From NCBI GenBank assembly GCA_900617105.1, contig UYFQ01000797.1, positions 1-63,945 on the forward strand: DNA of 63,945 bases, written 5' to 3'. This document shows positions 38,106-51,094 of the stretch, in pieces. The DNA comes from Hydrurus foetidus (taxonomy: Eukaryota). Numbering within the stretch: position 1 is the first letter of the stretch; every line of letters begins with the position of its first letter. Under the pieces are notes generated by a model. It saw nothing but the letters and a program-made list of their open reading frames with translations. It made no database searches and was not told where the DNA came from. Both the position numbers and the translations under genes were made by a program.

Positions 38106-38858
38106 CTATTCAGCGCTCTTCTCGTTGTCATCACCATCGTCCTCCTCTTGATCCTGTTCCGCCATTTCTTGAGTTACTCTCTGTTGATCGAGTTCACTGG
38201 TGAGAAGTGCAGAATAAGTTGGAGATACAGATCCGATGTGCGCCTTTTCATAGCATTCTACGATCACAATCATAAAATGGACCAAAGCGGCCCTCCTAAT
38301 CTTCAAGCTCACGAATACGTCAGCATGAATTAGTCTTCCTGTTATCAAATGAGCCAGCACAGAAGCCCTATTCTCTTGAGGTGTTTCTACGCTCAATGAT
38401 TGCACATTCTCGTCTCTGTCTGCAGGATCAACGAAGGGAGTATCCATCGCATCCAAAGTATTCTGAGAAAACAAAGGCATTGAACCTCTAGCAAACATGG
38501 AATTTAGTAGCTGAAGGTCAGCGAAGTAGCAGCGATCTGTTTGCCCGCATCTGCGCTTGAAGAACAGTGATAGTAACTTTCCGTTTGCGCCAAGCAATCC
38601 GTCAATTGTAAGTTCAGGAAGCAATACGTCTGAGGCGCTCAACTTTTGTCCTGCAGTTTCCCTAACTCCCGCTGTTTGAGTGGGAATATCAGGTGATGCT
38701 CTCCGCAGCATAGTGATTTGATTTTCCTTTGTCATCGACTCAATCCAACCCGACATCCCATCTCCATTTCTCTCCCACCAAAGCTGGAGAGCAACATGTC
38801 TATCCTCTGTCGACGCCGCATCATTTGGGTCTGCAGGAGGTGTTAAAGCATCTGACAT
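38106..38858 (-). CDS. Hypothetical protein, 250 aa, single exon, acidic C-terminus
   Basis: Uninterrupted ATG ORF with globular-like composition; no family recognised. Confidence 0.7.
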   Translation of the reverse strand: MSDALTPPADPNDAASTEDRHVALQLWWERNGDGMSGWIESMTKENQITMLRRASPDIPTQTAGVRETAGQKLSASDVLLPELTIDGLLGANGKLLSLFFKRRCGQTDRCYFADLQLLNSMFARGSMPLFSQNTLDAMDTPFVDPADRDENVQSLSVETPQENRASVLAHLITGRLIHADVFVSLKIRRAALVHFMIVIVECYEKAHIGSVSPTYSALLTSELDQQRVTQEMAEQDQEEDDGDDNEKSAE

Positions 38859-40162
38859 ATTTGTTTGAGGGCAGCAATTTTCAGAATTACGAGCAGCGTT
38901 TCGGATACTGTATTTCAGGGACAGTGTTATTCGTCATTGAATCTTTAACCAGTTGTAGACATGAATATCGATTGCTTTTGAATCTTTCTTCAGATTCTCC
39001 GTCAAGGAGTTCTTAATCTTCCAGCAGGGCGCCTCAGCCTGGGCATCTTCCATACCGTCGAGTGACTGTAAAGTAAAAAAGCAAGAGATAGAATCGCGAG
39101 TGAGGGAGATAATGTGTACCGTATATACCGTATACACATTCGCGCAGTAGATACCGTATGCGATAAAACCCCCCGTTTCATGCACCACTTCCCACATCAC
39201 ATGTTTACATGTTTTGTCAACAGGAGGGTTCAGATATATACTATGATCTTGACCCGTGTCACCGTAGGTACGTGAAAGTAAACGAACTAATGTAGGACAT
39301 CAGCGAGCAGTCAGCACATAAGAGATGGAAAAGAAAAATTACCCAAAGTACGTAATTAATATGTACCCTACATCGGCTATCGTTCAGCGCATTTCTCTTG
39401 TAAGTTTCTCTCCAGAAGGAAAGTAAGTCGAAGTAGAAGCAACCCGCCCCCATGTTACATCAAAGGGGATACTTGAACAGTCAGGCATCTACTAAACAAA
39501 ATAGGAATTGATGGCTACGGGGTGAAAATCTCTAGTAGTCTTCGCTGATATTCGAAGTGAATAGACGATAGAGTACTAGTATAATCCTGTACTGACTAGT
39601 TATTTCGACAGGAACATAGCTAAAGTACGTTATCGACTATAGTAGACGTTGAAAGCGTCAACGGTGATGCGTTGTCTCGACTTGAATGAAAGAATCCGCT
39701 GTCCGGCTGATTGGAACATAGGTGCGACTTCAGCACCCCTACAACCTCCAAAGAACAAATGCCATAAGTCCGCGAGCTCCCGTCAGCAAGACCACACTCA
39801 GAATCACGAAATGCGAAATAAGAAATACATGATATTATGACACAGATCAGATAATTATCTCTTTGAAGGATCCTCTTCCTATTTGACATTCTGTACAAAG
39901 CGCCCTATGTACGTGGAAATGGTGTCGATGTATGATATTTGAAGACGAATTCAAATTGAATTTTGAGATTCTTAGTGCGGACGCTGGAAATCAGCAGGTC
40001 TCACCGCATACTTTCAGTCAACTAATGTCTAATCACGACAACATCGGCAATTTGTGGAGTCCTCATCGTCATCATTTCGTCGTTGGTGTTGTTGGATACA
40101 AATACAAATACATGTGATCCCAAAACGGATCACACCCACACGATCCGCTGGGATCTTGTCAT

Positions 40163-40274
40163 CCCACACCCCACACCCCACACCCCACACCCCACACCCC
40201 ACACCCCACACCCCACCCCCCACACCCCACACCCCACACCCCACACCCCACACCCCACACCCCACACCCCACAC
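40163..40274. repeat. (CCCCACA)n / (TGTGGGG)n heptamer array, about 16 units
   Basis: Read directly from the sequence; followed by other 7-mer repeats (TGACCTG, TGTGATG). Confidence 0.97.
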
Positions 40275-40579
40275 GCGGGTGACGGTGACCTCTGACCTGT
40301 GACCTGTGATGTGTGATGTGTGATGTGTCACACGCTATTTCGCGCATACGTGTGTTCTAAATATTTTGGAGAAGATGTCAATGTTGTCCACCATACAAGC
40401 GTGGGTGTCAGTTGTAGACTCAGATCGCAATGACCTTGCTCTGTCAACTATGCATTCGGTTGGATAAAGTCTCCTTCCCCGATACACCTCGAGACTCGTG
40501 CAACCTCCTTCAGCGATGAGAAATGTATTTACTGCGAGATAGTAATAAGTGGCGTAGTTCCGAATAAATAGCCCATGCA

Positions 40580-41812
40580 ATGCCAACAAAATGGTTGATC
40601 TTTGTAGTTTATGCAAAGTTTTTCCTGTCATTCGTTGTGCTAGTCGGTGCAGCGAAGAATTTGGCCCCGTCCGGTAATACTATGGCAAAATTTCATAGAC
40701 TCCAGAGGCCAATCGTATCTGCCCTGATTGGGTGTGCAGTGATGCAGTCGACTCCTGCATCAGCACAGGGCCTGACCTCGTTGGGCAATATCGTCCGAGC
40801 TAGCGAATCCATAGATTACATGTTAGAAAATATTGACAGTAAGGATACTGATATCAGCAAGCTGTTTGACGAGGTGGATTTCATTATCAAACGGTACAAT
40901 TTGCGAGAGAGACTACAACTTGCAATAGCTGAGACTCCCACTCAATACAGGTCCCTTTCTCACCTATGCTCTTGAATTTGCATGCTAACAGCATAGATCT
41001 CGTTTACTTCATGAGCTATCTACTATCCAAACGCGTTCATGTCTCCCGTATTACCTATAAATCAACAGCTTCAAAGACATCACCAATCACTAATTTCTTT
41101 TCATTTGCGTTCTTTCAGAGCTTGTGCTGAACCAAAGGCAGCCAGTGTTATGAGCGATCTTTACACATTGGTAGAATACTATTCAGTCAGCAATGACTCT
41201 ATCAACAGGAGAATGATGATTGCAGATTCAGTACCAGGTACTTTATGTTCTGTAAGAATCACCTTTTATCTTCTCTAACGCAAAATTTACTCTAAAACAC
41301 TTAGCACTGATAAGGCTGACTTCATTTCCATAAAGTGATATTTGAATACACTGCAGTACTGTGCAACATTGTAGCATCTTGCAAGATAGCGTGCAGGAGA
41401 GTGTACAGGCAGTCTTGCTTTGTATGAACATCACGATCCACTCAGCGCACTGCAAAGTGACTTCCTTCTTGCCTTGTTGTTGTTTTGAGAACATTTAGTG
41501 GCATCTGCTATACGTTGAGCATCGTTGCGAATAGTCGCACATTACACTACACTACACTTCACTACACTTCGCGCAAATCCTCAGTATGTTCTCCTCAATT
41601 CGCCATTTATCATTCTGTGGATATTCTTCATAAGTCTCAATAATCGACAATAACACACTTGCTCACTCATTCTATAACTGATATTCTCTGCCCTACTTCA
41701 CCCTTTAGGGGAGAAATTGAAGTTCCTACGGGTTGGACTGTCTTCTGTTCGGCAAGACCTCAGGGGACTGTTCTTTTGCTATCCATCAGAACTGAAGCAA
41801 TTTAACAACTAA
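40580..41812 (+). CDS. Putative thylakoid-lumen protein, helical bundle (PsbQ/MPH2-like by pattern only); 3 exons (40580-40950, 41119-41237, 41709-41812)
   Basis: Phase-consistent GT-AG introns. Signal peptide, transit region and a hydrophobic stretch ending in the AxA site PASA. Amphipathic mature region. Confidence 0.65.
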
Positions 41813-43829
41813 ATATCATATAAAGGAAATAAAGAATAGTGCAATAAATGATGGACTAGCTGTGACACGTGAAAGATGAAAATGAAAATAAGAGTTGATA
41901 GGATGAAAAAAGAACTAGCGACTTGCGAGGTATGACACATGGTAGAAGAAAAGGAAAATATGAAATCAAATGGTGTGACGAAAGAATATGTTTGAAGAGA
42001 TGAGCGAAGATGAGAAATCATCGCTAATCGCACCATCGCATCTAAGCATCAATAAGCATCTTACATTATTCGCTCAAAATTTTCGTAGCCACATAAAGAG
42101 TTCACGCCCAAGAATAAAATTGAAATAGAGTGCGCACAGAAGTGGATTATGCTTGGTATAGTCGACCAGCATTGCACTACATCGGTCAGGACAAAATGAG
42201 AGGAACAAATTTTAACAGCTCGCTGCAGCACATGTGATAATCCGATACAATTAGAGCGAGATAGCAGCGTGAAGTGAGTGAAAGTGAGGTCTTACCCACC
42301 ACTCTTCAGGCGAGAGCAAGCTGCGATATCGACTTCTTGTTGTTCTTACACTCATACTATATGTACGAAGCTACAGAGACTGCAATGTGTCGGATTAGCT
42401 ACAGGATGACGCCAGTTAATAGGAGAAGAAGTTGACTCGGATTGTCTGACTGTCTGTCATTATCAGATAGATGTGCTTCATCTTTGTCAGGTGCCCATCA
42501 GACACTATAAAATTTCACGCGACATTACCTCAGATACGTACACCCACAGACAGTAGAGGAATAGGGACGAAGACAAAGACAAAGACGGACACTCTCGGAT
42601 AGTCACTTACTCATTTATAAATCTCAACTCAATCATCTGAAACACGTACAGCACAGCGCATTTTAGTCGGGTACATTTCAATGCGCACAGAACTGGCACT
42701 GCCGCCATAGAAATCAAGTTCATTATACATAGTTCGAGGCCCATTGTAAGATTATTTGTAAGCTGCTGAAACGAAGAGATCAGAAAACAAATAATTGATG
42801 GCTATTTAAGCCTCTTAAAGTTGAATTTTTTTGGAGAGAATTGTCAGATGTAGAATAAACTCGAGTGAACTACACTCCATTAAGATTGACTGACGTCATT
42901 GGACGGATACAGCATATGATCGGCATCACTATCGGAATTGCTCTCAGAGACTCTTTCACAGTGGAACACTTGTTCCTGCAGACTCCACTCAAACGGCTGC
43001 GCTGCATTACAGAGCAGTGTGTCAGCACGTACATTGCGACTGTGCCATACGCACGTTCAGAATTGTGCAGTACTGTTGGCCATATCGTAAGAAGTAAAAT
43101 CGTTTGGAAAAATGAAATCAATATTAATCATAGAAACGAAAACAATTCACGAGAACAAAGAAAAAGAAAAGATAATATGTACATGCCTAATAACGGGAGA
43201 ACAATTCTATAACAACGGAATAGGACGGAATAGGCCGTAAGTGACCGGAATAGAACGGAACGGAACAGTACTGTTAATGAAGTCAGATCGATCATGACCA
43301 GTAGAATTGAAAGTTAGGCACACATGGTTCTCTAATTGACTGTGAGTGTTTATGTGATGTGGTGCGATGTGTTGTAATAACGTGTGGCAGGGCAGAGCAA
43401 ATCAGATCAGAAGAGATGCTTGAAATCCGTGTGCGTCAGAAATACGATTCTACATGCTACACCTCTTTCACTAAGCACACGTGGTACAGAAAGGGTGGAT
43501 GGATAAATTGAGGGTCCAGCCACCTTGATGTCGATGACTTTGTAACTCACTTCGTTCCGTTTCCTTTCCTTTCCTTGCTGGAACAATCACATACGCATCT
43601 CATAAATTGTCACGTACCGTAATACACTGCACTCTACGGTACTGTCGTTAATGACGAATAGATACTTTCACTTCTTCATCTCCAATTCTCTTTTCCTTCG
43701 CAATCCTCGCAAGTCACAAGTTCGCTGACTGTCTTTCTGATTCACAAATCTGTTCTGACCCCGTCTCGTCTCATCTGGTTGACTCCAGTACGATCTGATT
43801 TCGTCTTATTTGCTGTTCGTACGTGCAGT

Positions 43830-46800
43830 CTATCCCATGGTAAGTGACTGCGTGTTGTTTTCTATTAAATCTGAGAACGATGAAAAGATTGAGAGATAAG
43901 GACGATAAGACATACAAGAGAAGTTGAGCAGATGATGGAGATAAGACAAGATAAAACAAATAGAAGATACGTAAATCAGGAGGAAAGTCGTTCTAAGATA
44001 TACGAAGAAGATCCTTGTTACAGCTGACACTTCATTAAACCGTTTCCCCTACTCCCACTCTGCCTTCAAACCCTACTTTCTATTTTCTATCCAATTCAGT
44101 GCATCCATGCATGTATATATCTATGCAGTCGCCCATGCATCGCACTCAGTAACATAACACTGCATAACGTGGCACTGAATAGCATAGCAAGACATAGCAT
44201 TACGTGACGTGGCATTATGCCGCATTGCACTGGCATCGTACATCATAGCACAACAATGCGTTGTGTGACATTGCATGGCATTACATATTACAGAATAATT
44301 GAATTGCAATTTCTCACCTGCCAGATCTTTCAAGAATTCCGCAGCATCAGCACCATATATATGTCTGTGATCGCATGTGATGGTGACGATCATACTCTTA
44401 CGCACAGCTAGATGGCCGGTGGGCAGCTGGACAACCTTGGGGGTAGAAGCAGCTATGGCTAGGATGGACCCGGTATTGGGGGGTAGAATTGCATCGAACT
44501 GAGATACACCGAACATGCCCAAGTTGGATATCGTGAAGGTGCCTATCATGGAGGTGAGAGAAAGAGTTGGGGGGGAGGGGGGAGGAGAGAAAGAAAGGAA
44601 GAAAGTGAGAGAAGGCGAAAGATATTGATGACAGAGACGATATGCTGCACGATACGTTGCGTTGGGGCGATCTGATTATGATTTATCACTCTTCACACTC
44701 TCAACATAAATATTACAATGGCAATTACACAATCATCGTCCATAATCAATTACATTAATATCAGTCTACCTGAGGTGCTCTCAGCAGGCGTGAGTTTCTT
44801 GACCTTCGCTCTGTCCACCAAATCTTTCCAGTTTCTGCTGATGGAGAAGAGGTCTTGGTTCTGCGCTTTAATGATGGTTGGAGTGAGGAGTCCTCCGTCA
44901 ATCGCCACCGCCATGGCCACATTGATGTCTAAGAGAAGAAAAGATATAAGAAGTGATGTGAAGAGAAGTAAGGCGATGTGATGTAAAGCGAGATGTAAAG
45001 AAGCAGGTGATGTGATAGAATAGGTGTGATCCTGTCCCATCTTTTGTCAATTCTTCCTCTTCATGTGTCCAGACACGCAGTGAAGTCAAGACATCGCACA
45101 ACCCCACCCATACTAAGAAATACTAAACAGTCAAATTTCATATTTTGTACAACAGAATGTAACAAGATAAATGTGGGTCAGTTACCTTTGTTGAACTTTA
45201 TACCTCCCTCAACATAAGCTGCGTTGATAATCGGATGTTTTTTAAGAACTTCTGCTACAGCTTTTGCCAGCATGGCAGACACCGTTACTCCCTTAGGCTT
45301 AAGCAATGCGTACATGTCGTCAAACTTGTCCGTTACAATCTCCCTATAGGGTGAATAAAAATGCAAAGTGTAGTGGAGTGTAAGAGTTGTGTGGGGTACA
45401 ATTAGTTCGAGGAGTCTTCGGAATAACAGTTGTAGTGCAGCACGCTAGGAGAGAGACTAAGAAGTGGCATCAAGTCATGGATGAGAAGGGAAAACGCAAT
45501 AAATCGCAAACACACCTGGATACTCTGAATATGGGTGTATCTAGAGTTTTCTCCATGTTCTTTGCCACTGCCTTCTGCATGCCGTTCATAGGAACTACTC
45601 CATCCAGAACAACTGACGCACTCTTACTTCCACCTCCACCAACAGACACAGCTGCTGCGCTTGATGCGGCAGGTGTCGCACTAGCAGCAGCAGAAGTAGC
45701 AGTGACAGCAACTGATGTGGGTGCAGGGATGACAGGTGCAGCCTTCTTGCCTACAGCGATCAAGACGTCATCAGGCATGACACGCCCAAAATTGCCTGTA
45801 CCCTTTATCTTGTCCAAACTTATGTTGTTCTCTGCTGCGAGTTTACGTGCCATAGGAGACGCGTTGATAGTACCCGCTGCTGGGACATAAATGGAGACTA
45901 CGTTGCTGGCTTTCGATCCGCTGGAGAGATCTCTAGAAGTAATCAGCCCGTCTGATCTAGATGACGTCACTGTGCGGAGATCAATGTTCTGCTCTTTCGC
46001 AAGGGCCTTCGCATAGCCCGATGCGCCCACGCGACCCTCAGTCAGCAGAGGTTTAGGAATTTGAACCACCAGGGGGACAACGGACGTGACTGACACGCTC
46101 ATCTCTACGGCTTGGAGGGGTGCTGCTACGATGGCGACTCCTCCTGCTTTGAGAGAAGCTGCATACGCCTGCACTGCGGGTATATCTCCAACAGTCTTCG
46201 CCATGAGTCCCACAGGAGATCCTACAGGCGCAGTCTCACCATCAGCAACGAGAATTGCTGCCAGGAAGCCTTCTTCATAAGATTCAACATCCATGTCCGC
46301 CTTATCCGATTCAACAATTAGAACCATGTCACCGGAAGATATTTTATCACCAACGTTCTTGCTCCATGATACAACTTTGCCCTCAGTCATTGTTGATGAT
46401 AGCGCTGGCATTGTAACTTGCTCAAATTGAACTGTAGGAGTTGCAACAGCAGCTTTCGCTGGCTGGGAAACATCGATTGCCTGTGCTACAGGAGCAGCAG
46501 AAGCAACGACGACGGCAGGTGCGCTTCCAACATTACCGATGTCGGCAAGGTTGTCAACTAAAATAGCCACAGCTGCACCTACTGCAGCAGACTCCCCCTC
46601 AGGTGTGTATATTGCTGCCAAGAATCCATCCTCATAGGCCTCTACATCCATATCAGCCTTGTCGGATTCCACGACCAAGAGGACATCGCCTGCTGTCACT
46701 TTTTCGCCTACTTTCTTATTCCAAGCTACTATTTTTCCTTCCGTCATGGTTGACGACAATGCTGGCATGTTGATATCCCGTGTGACAACGACCATCGCAA

Positions 46801-46900
46801 GACTGTTATGTGATCTAAAAAATCTTCCCACTACTGGAGAAAAGGAGTCAACATAAGCCGCGAAAATGCTCATCGACAGCAACAATCTGACGCCCATCAT
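43830..46900 (-). CDS. pdhC: Plastid pyruvate dehydrogenase E2 (dihydrolipoamide acetyltransferase); 5 exons (about 45516-46900, 45187-45344, 44770-44928, 44318-44542, 43830-43870)
   Basis: Two lipoyl domains (MPALSSTMTEGK..VESDKADMDVE), two subunit-binding domains, catalytic GTFTISNLGMFG and TCDHRHIYGADAAEFL. Signal peptide followed by VDS-F-SP (ASAFAP-like). Confidence 0.95.
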
Positions 46901-48681
46901 TTTTAAAATAGTCAACTCTACGGGATTATGTCGCAGAAGATGGGATAACCTTAGAGTATGAGTGATCTAAATCTTCAACAACCTCTTCCTTAGATGTTGT
47001 CACGGAGTTGCACACCTGACATACTTCCATTGTTATCCGTTTTTCCTCCTGGGGGGGAGGGGGTGAAATAGAGTAGAAATTTTGTACTGAGACCATAAAA
47101 CCAAGGTATTTTTCGTACCAAGGGTGTATGTTTTCGTATGCGTACAATAATGGAGTCCAACGGGATGAAGAAAGGGAAGAAGACGTTTGACAAAGACAGT
47201 AGCGATCGTTACAGCTTACAGCGGAAGATGCTAGGTTTATTTTCTACATGGACTAGCTACTATAAACGCTCGCTGCAGCAGTTGGGAGGGTTGGCCGGAG
47301 CCAGTAGACCCTGCAGACTGGCAGTACCTAAAGGGTCACACAGTGTCGTACTAAATGGCTACACTACACCTCTTCATCTCCACGAATGCTTAAGTAGAGC
47401 TCTCAGTTACCTTTTCTATGCTAGACTAACTTATCATATCGTGAAAAAATGTATAGAAAACATTTGGTACGAATCAATGATACCAGATAGTAAATAATCC
47501 AATAAAACAGTAAAGATAATATATACAAAAATGGTATTAACATATTAAAATGATTAGAATTGATAGAAAAGACTAAGAAAGAAAAGATGATTAGGAAAAT
47601 GCGATGAGAGGTGTTCCCGAGGAGTTCTGGAAATAGTGAAAAAGTCCTTTTTTTGATTTTACGTGCGTATGTCAATGTTACGTGTTATTGTTACGCTGAC
47701 TAGACATTCCTCGTCTACGCTCAGATTATCATCTCAGAAATAACCAATAAAGCGTTGTAGATTCGCTTTTGAGTGGCATCACATCGACATCAATCCCGAC
47801 TGCACAGGCAACTTTCCAGAGACGATAATGAGCAAAAGGATAAATTGCTGATTATTTCTATTTCTTATCTTGTTGCAGTTACAGTGCAAGTCTGGGATAT
47901 CTATTCAATTTAAATAAAATAAAATCGTATAGGATTAGAGCTCAATGCACGCTACCTTATCACTGTCTATTCAATATCTAAATTTCTCTTTCTCTTTCTC
48001 TTTCTAAGTCTAAATTAATCGATCTCCATACTGTCGATGAGTAAGGAAATGATAGCCTCTCTCTTGCTATCTATCTTGTCTTACAGGTCCGTCACAGTGT
48101 ATGCATGCGTATTGGTAAGGGGTTAGCTATGCGTATGTGATGGAAATCGGAGTGGTATGATGTGATGCAGTGCGCCTGCGTGCTACATAGACACCTTGTT
48201 GTATTGATGATGACTGAAAGTTGACTCCTCTAGTATGAGCTGGACCGCACTGCGTATTGCTCCCTTACGATCGTGATGGATGACAGTGATGAGTGAAAAT
48301 GACGGTGGGATGATAATGACGATGGAGGGATGATGATGATGATGGCGAAGGGAGGCAGCCCAGTGATAATGGGGACAGGTGACTGTAGGCTGTAATGGTA
48401 TGATGAAGCGCGGTGAAAAAATGGAGAGGTTGGGAGAGGGAGGGAGAGGAGGAGGGAGGTGTATGTATGTACGTCTATACGTATGCATTGCATTGACTGG
48501 CTGGCCTATTACTATTACTCTACGGCCGCTAGGGATTCCTAACCCTAAGCTGAGTTGCAGGCATAGCACTAATAATGTGATCAGAAAACATGGAATTAAA
48601 CGGAAAATCGAGATGTTGTCTATGCCGTAAGGAATGCACATGTGGGGCCAGGATTATCTACTCCATGATTACGTTATCATC

Positions 48682-51094
48682 TTATGGCACTTTAGGAGCA
48701 GGACTTTCAGGCTTTGGTCTGTTGATGCTGAACACACTGCCGAGATAGCTTTTTATCTTGGCAGATCTAGTGGGGGTGGTGAGGCCTGTGTACTCCGTCA
48801 TGGCGTAGTGCGATAGGAGGGAGGGGGTGGAGGAGGGCAGTGGGAGGGACGAAGGAGATAGGAATGAGTTGATGAGTAGTAGGGGTAAGGTAAGGTGATA
48901 GTGGTGGTGAGTGCGCGGTCTATCCCGGATGGTCTGTGCAACAAAACGTCAGCAACCTCACCACAATCGTCGCGTTCGTAGACAGGTTCAACACATGAGG
49001 TACGATACGTACCGTCAGATGAGGTTATGGGCAAGTCTTCGTGTTGAGCTAGGGGTACAGTACTGCATTCGTTTATCACGACCTCACACTCGCTCTTCAC
49101 CAGATCCGTCACCGCCTTTGGTCCCGTCCCCGACCCCACGACAGTGCCCTTTAATTTCAGTATTCAGTATGCGTGGAGTGGGTTGGATGCGGTTATTAGC
49201 CAGTCGTCTTTAGAGTCACAATTCATCCACAGCACACATCTCATTCCACAAGGCTCAAAAGCGGCCATAAACATTTATTTTAAATTTTACATAGGTCTGC
49301 AAATCTAGTCGAAATCTTGGGTATGCTAATGGAAAATTGTGAGTTGATACTTCTATGCTGCATGTATTAGGTTCAGGAGGTAAAGAATGTAAAGAATGAA
49401 TTCGACGGACTCAGTTGGGCGATGTACGTACTGCTGTACCAACGAACACGACAAGCCATAAGGGAAAAATAAGGCAGCTACAAAAGAAAAAAGGACTGAG
49501 TTCAAGAAAGCAGGAAAATACTGCGGCAGTTCAAACAAAACAAAACAAAACGGAACAAGGCGGTATATTGAAATCGAGTGAGTCACACGAAACGTGATGT
49601 TAAAGAAAAACTGTAATTAGTCCCGCGCCAAGCGGAGACCGGAAGTTGTTAAACGATGAATGCAATACACTTTTTAGAACGTCAAGAAGGGTTAGTCGGA
49701 TGGGTGGGGTGAGAGAAGGTGAGGTCAGAGAGACCAATAAGGAAATGTGTGCACTTTACGCAAAGAAATCATGAAATTAGTGGGTAGGTACTTCGGCTTT
49801 TTGTTCGGTCGGCTTCTTCGTACTGAGTCTGAAGACGTTGGAGATGAAGGACTTGACCTTCGTGGTGCGCCTCACAGGCTTGGACTGTTCGGCATCTGTG
49901 GGGTATTGACCGATGAAAAGTGTCGAGTTACGCTGCATTGCTAAGTTAGCGTGAAATTGATGTTGACACGTGCCCGAAAATAACATGACTGGCTATACGA
50001 AGAAAAAAGAACACACAAGAGTAGATGTGTGCGACCAGAGTTACAATGCAGAAGAATAACGAACCTAGTAGTTCCATGACAGGCTCCATCGTCGCTGCTG
50101 TTGCGTCGGGGCTGCGAAGGGGTTCACCATCTTTGGTACAGGGAACGCCATCTTCGTCTTGATAGGTGGTCATCCCGTCGTCAGCGTCTTCATCTTTCTC
50201 CTCGTCATCGTTGCCTCCAGCGGCAGGTAGGTTGCTCCTATCGCTTTCCTTTCCGTCCGGGGATACGATGGTGGACATAGCTGGTACTGCGGCCACGGCA
50301 GCATGTTCATCTTCAGTGGTGGCATGTGCTGTTACAGCTGATGTTTTCTTTTCGGCAGTGTCAGTGGCGCCCTCCTTGGGAAATGTGGATGATGCAGTGG
50401 ATGATGCAGGAGCAGGAGTTGCATCTGGTCCAATCGTTGCGTCCTCATCAGCGCTTGTGCCACTCTCGCTACGTGTGAGGCACAAATCGGCCCTTTTCTT
50501 GTCTAAAGTGGGTTGCTTTACAACGCATGATTTGCAGAAAGGGTTGCCGCGGTACGAGTGAAAATCGTTCTGAGTTAGTTTTTTTCGGCATCCGTTATCT
50601 TCGGTGGTCCCACCACAGGTGAAGCAGGATTTGTGCCACGAAAAACCTGCCAATGTAATTTCTTCGGATTTGTAAACGGCTTTGGAGCACTTAGGACACG
50701 CCAATTTTGTCATGCCCGCTGTGACTGCATTAACAGCACCCCCTTTATTTGTGTTTCCGAACGACATACGCCTATCCGAATTCTTGACATGACCTTGTGT
50801 GTCCGTGATCTCAGTTCTGTCACTGCCGCTAGTGGCTCCAATTACTGTACTTTCTGTGACTAGGGCCGGTTTCGAGATCATTCTCATGTAACATGATTTG
50901 CAGAAAGGAACTGCGGATTCAAGAGTGAAATCATAAAGATTCAACTTGCGCTGGCATCCAAGTTCCCCGGCACCACCACACTTGAAGCATTCCTTGTGCC
51001 ATGGTACTCCGGAGGCCAAAATTTCTTCAGCATGATAAACCGATTTCATACATGCTGGGCACTTAATTGGAGTAATTCCTAGAGTTGAGGCCAT
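48682..51094 (-). CDS. Two-LIM-domain (CRP/CRIP-like) protein with a disordered tail; 4 exons (50065-51094, 49792-49940, 49013-49148, 48682-48785), about 472 aa
   Basis: CPAC..WHKECFKC..C..PFCKSC and CPKC..WHKSCFTC..C..PFCKSC. The three GT-AG introns are phase-consistent (1,0,1). Exons 2 and 4 encode a repeated motif. The LIM exon is secure; the 3' exons are a manual model. Confidence 0.82.

Noticed and set aside
38934..40110. Possible extra minus-strand multi-exon gene (SLDGMEDAQAEAPCWKIKN... preceded by a good acceptor)
   Set aside because: No consistent upstream exon chain or start could be built and no family was recognised; needs RNA-seq.
47050..47700. Possible MITE upstream of the PDH E2 gene
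   Set aside because: No terminal inverted repeat pair or TSD found.
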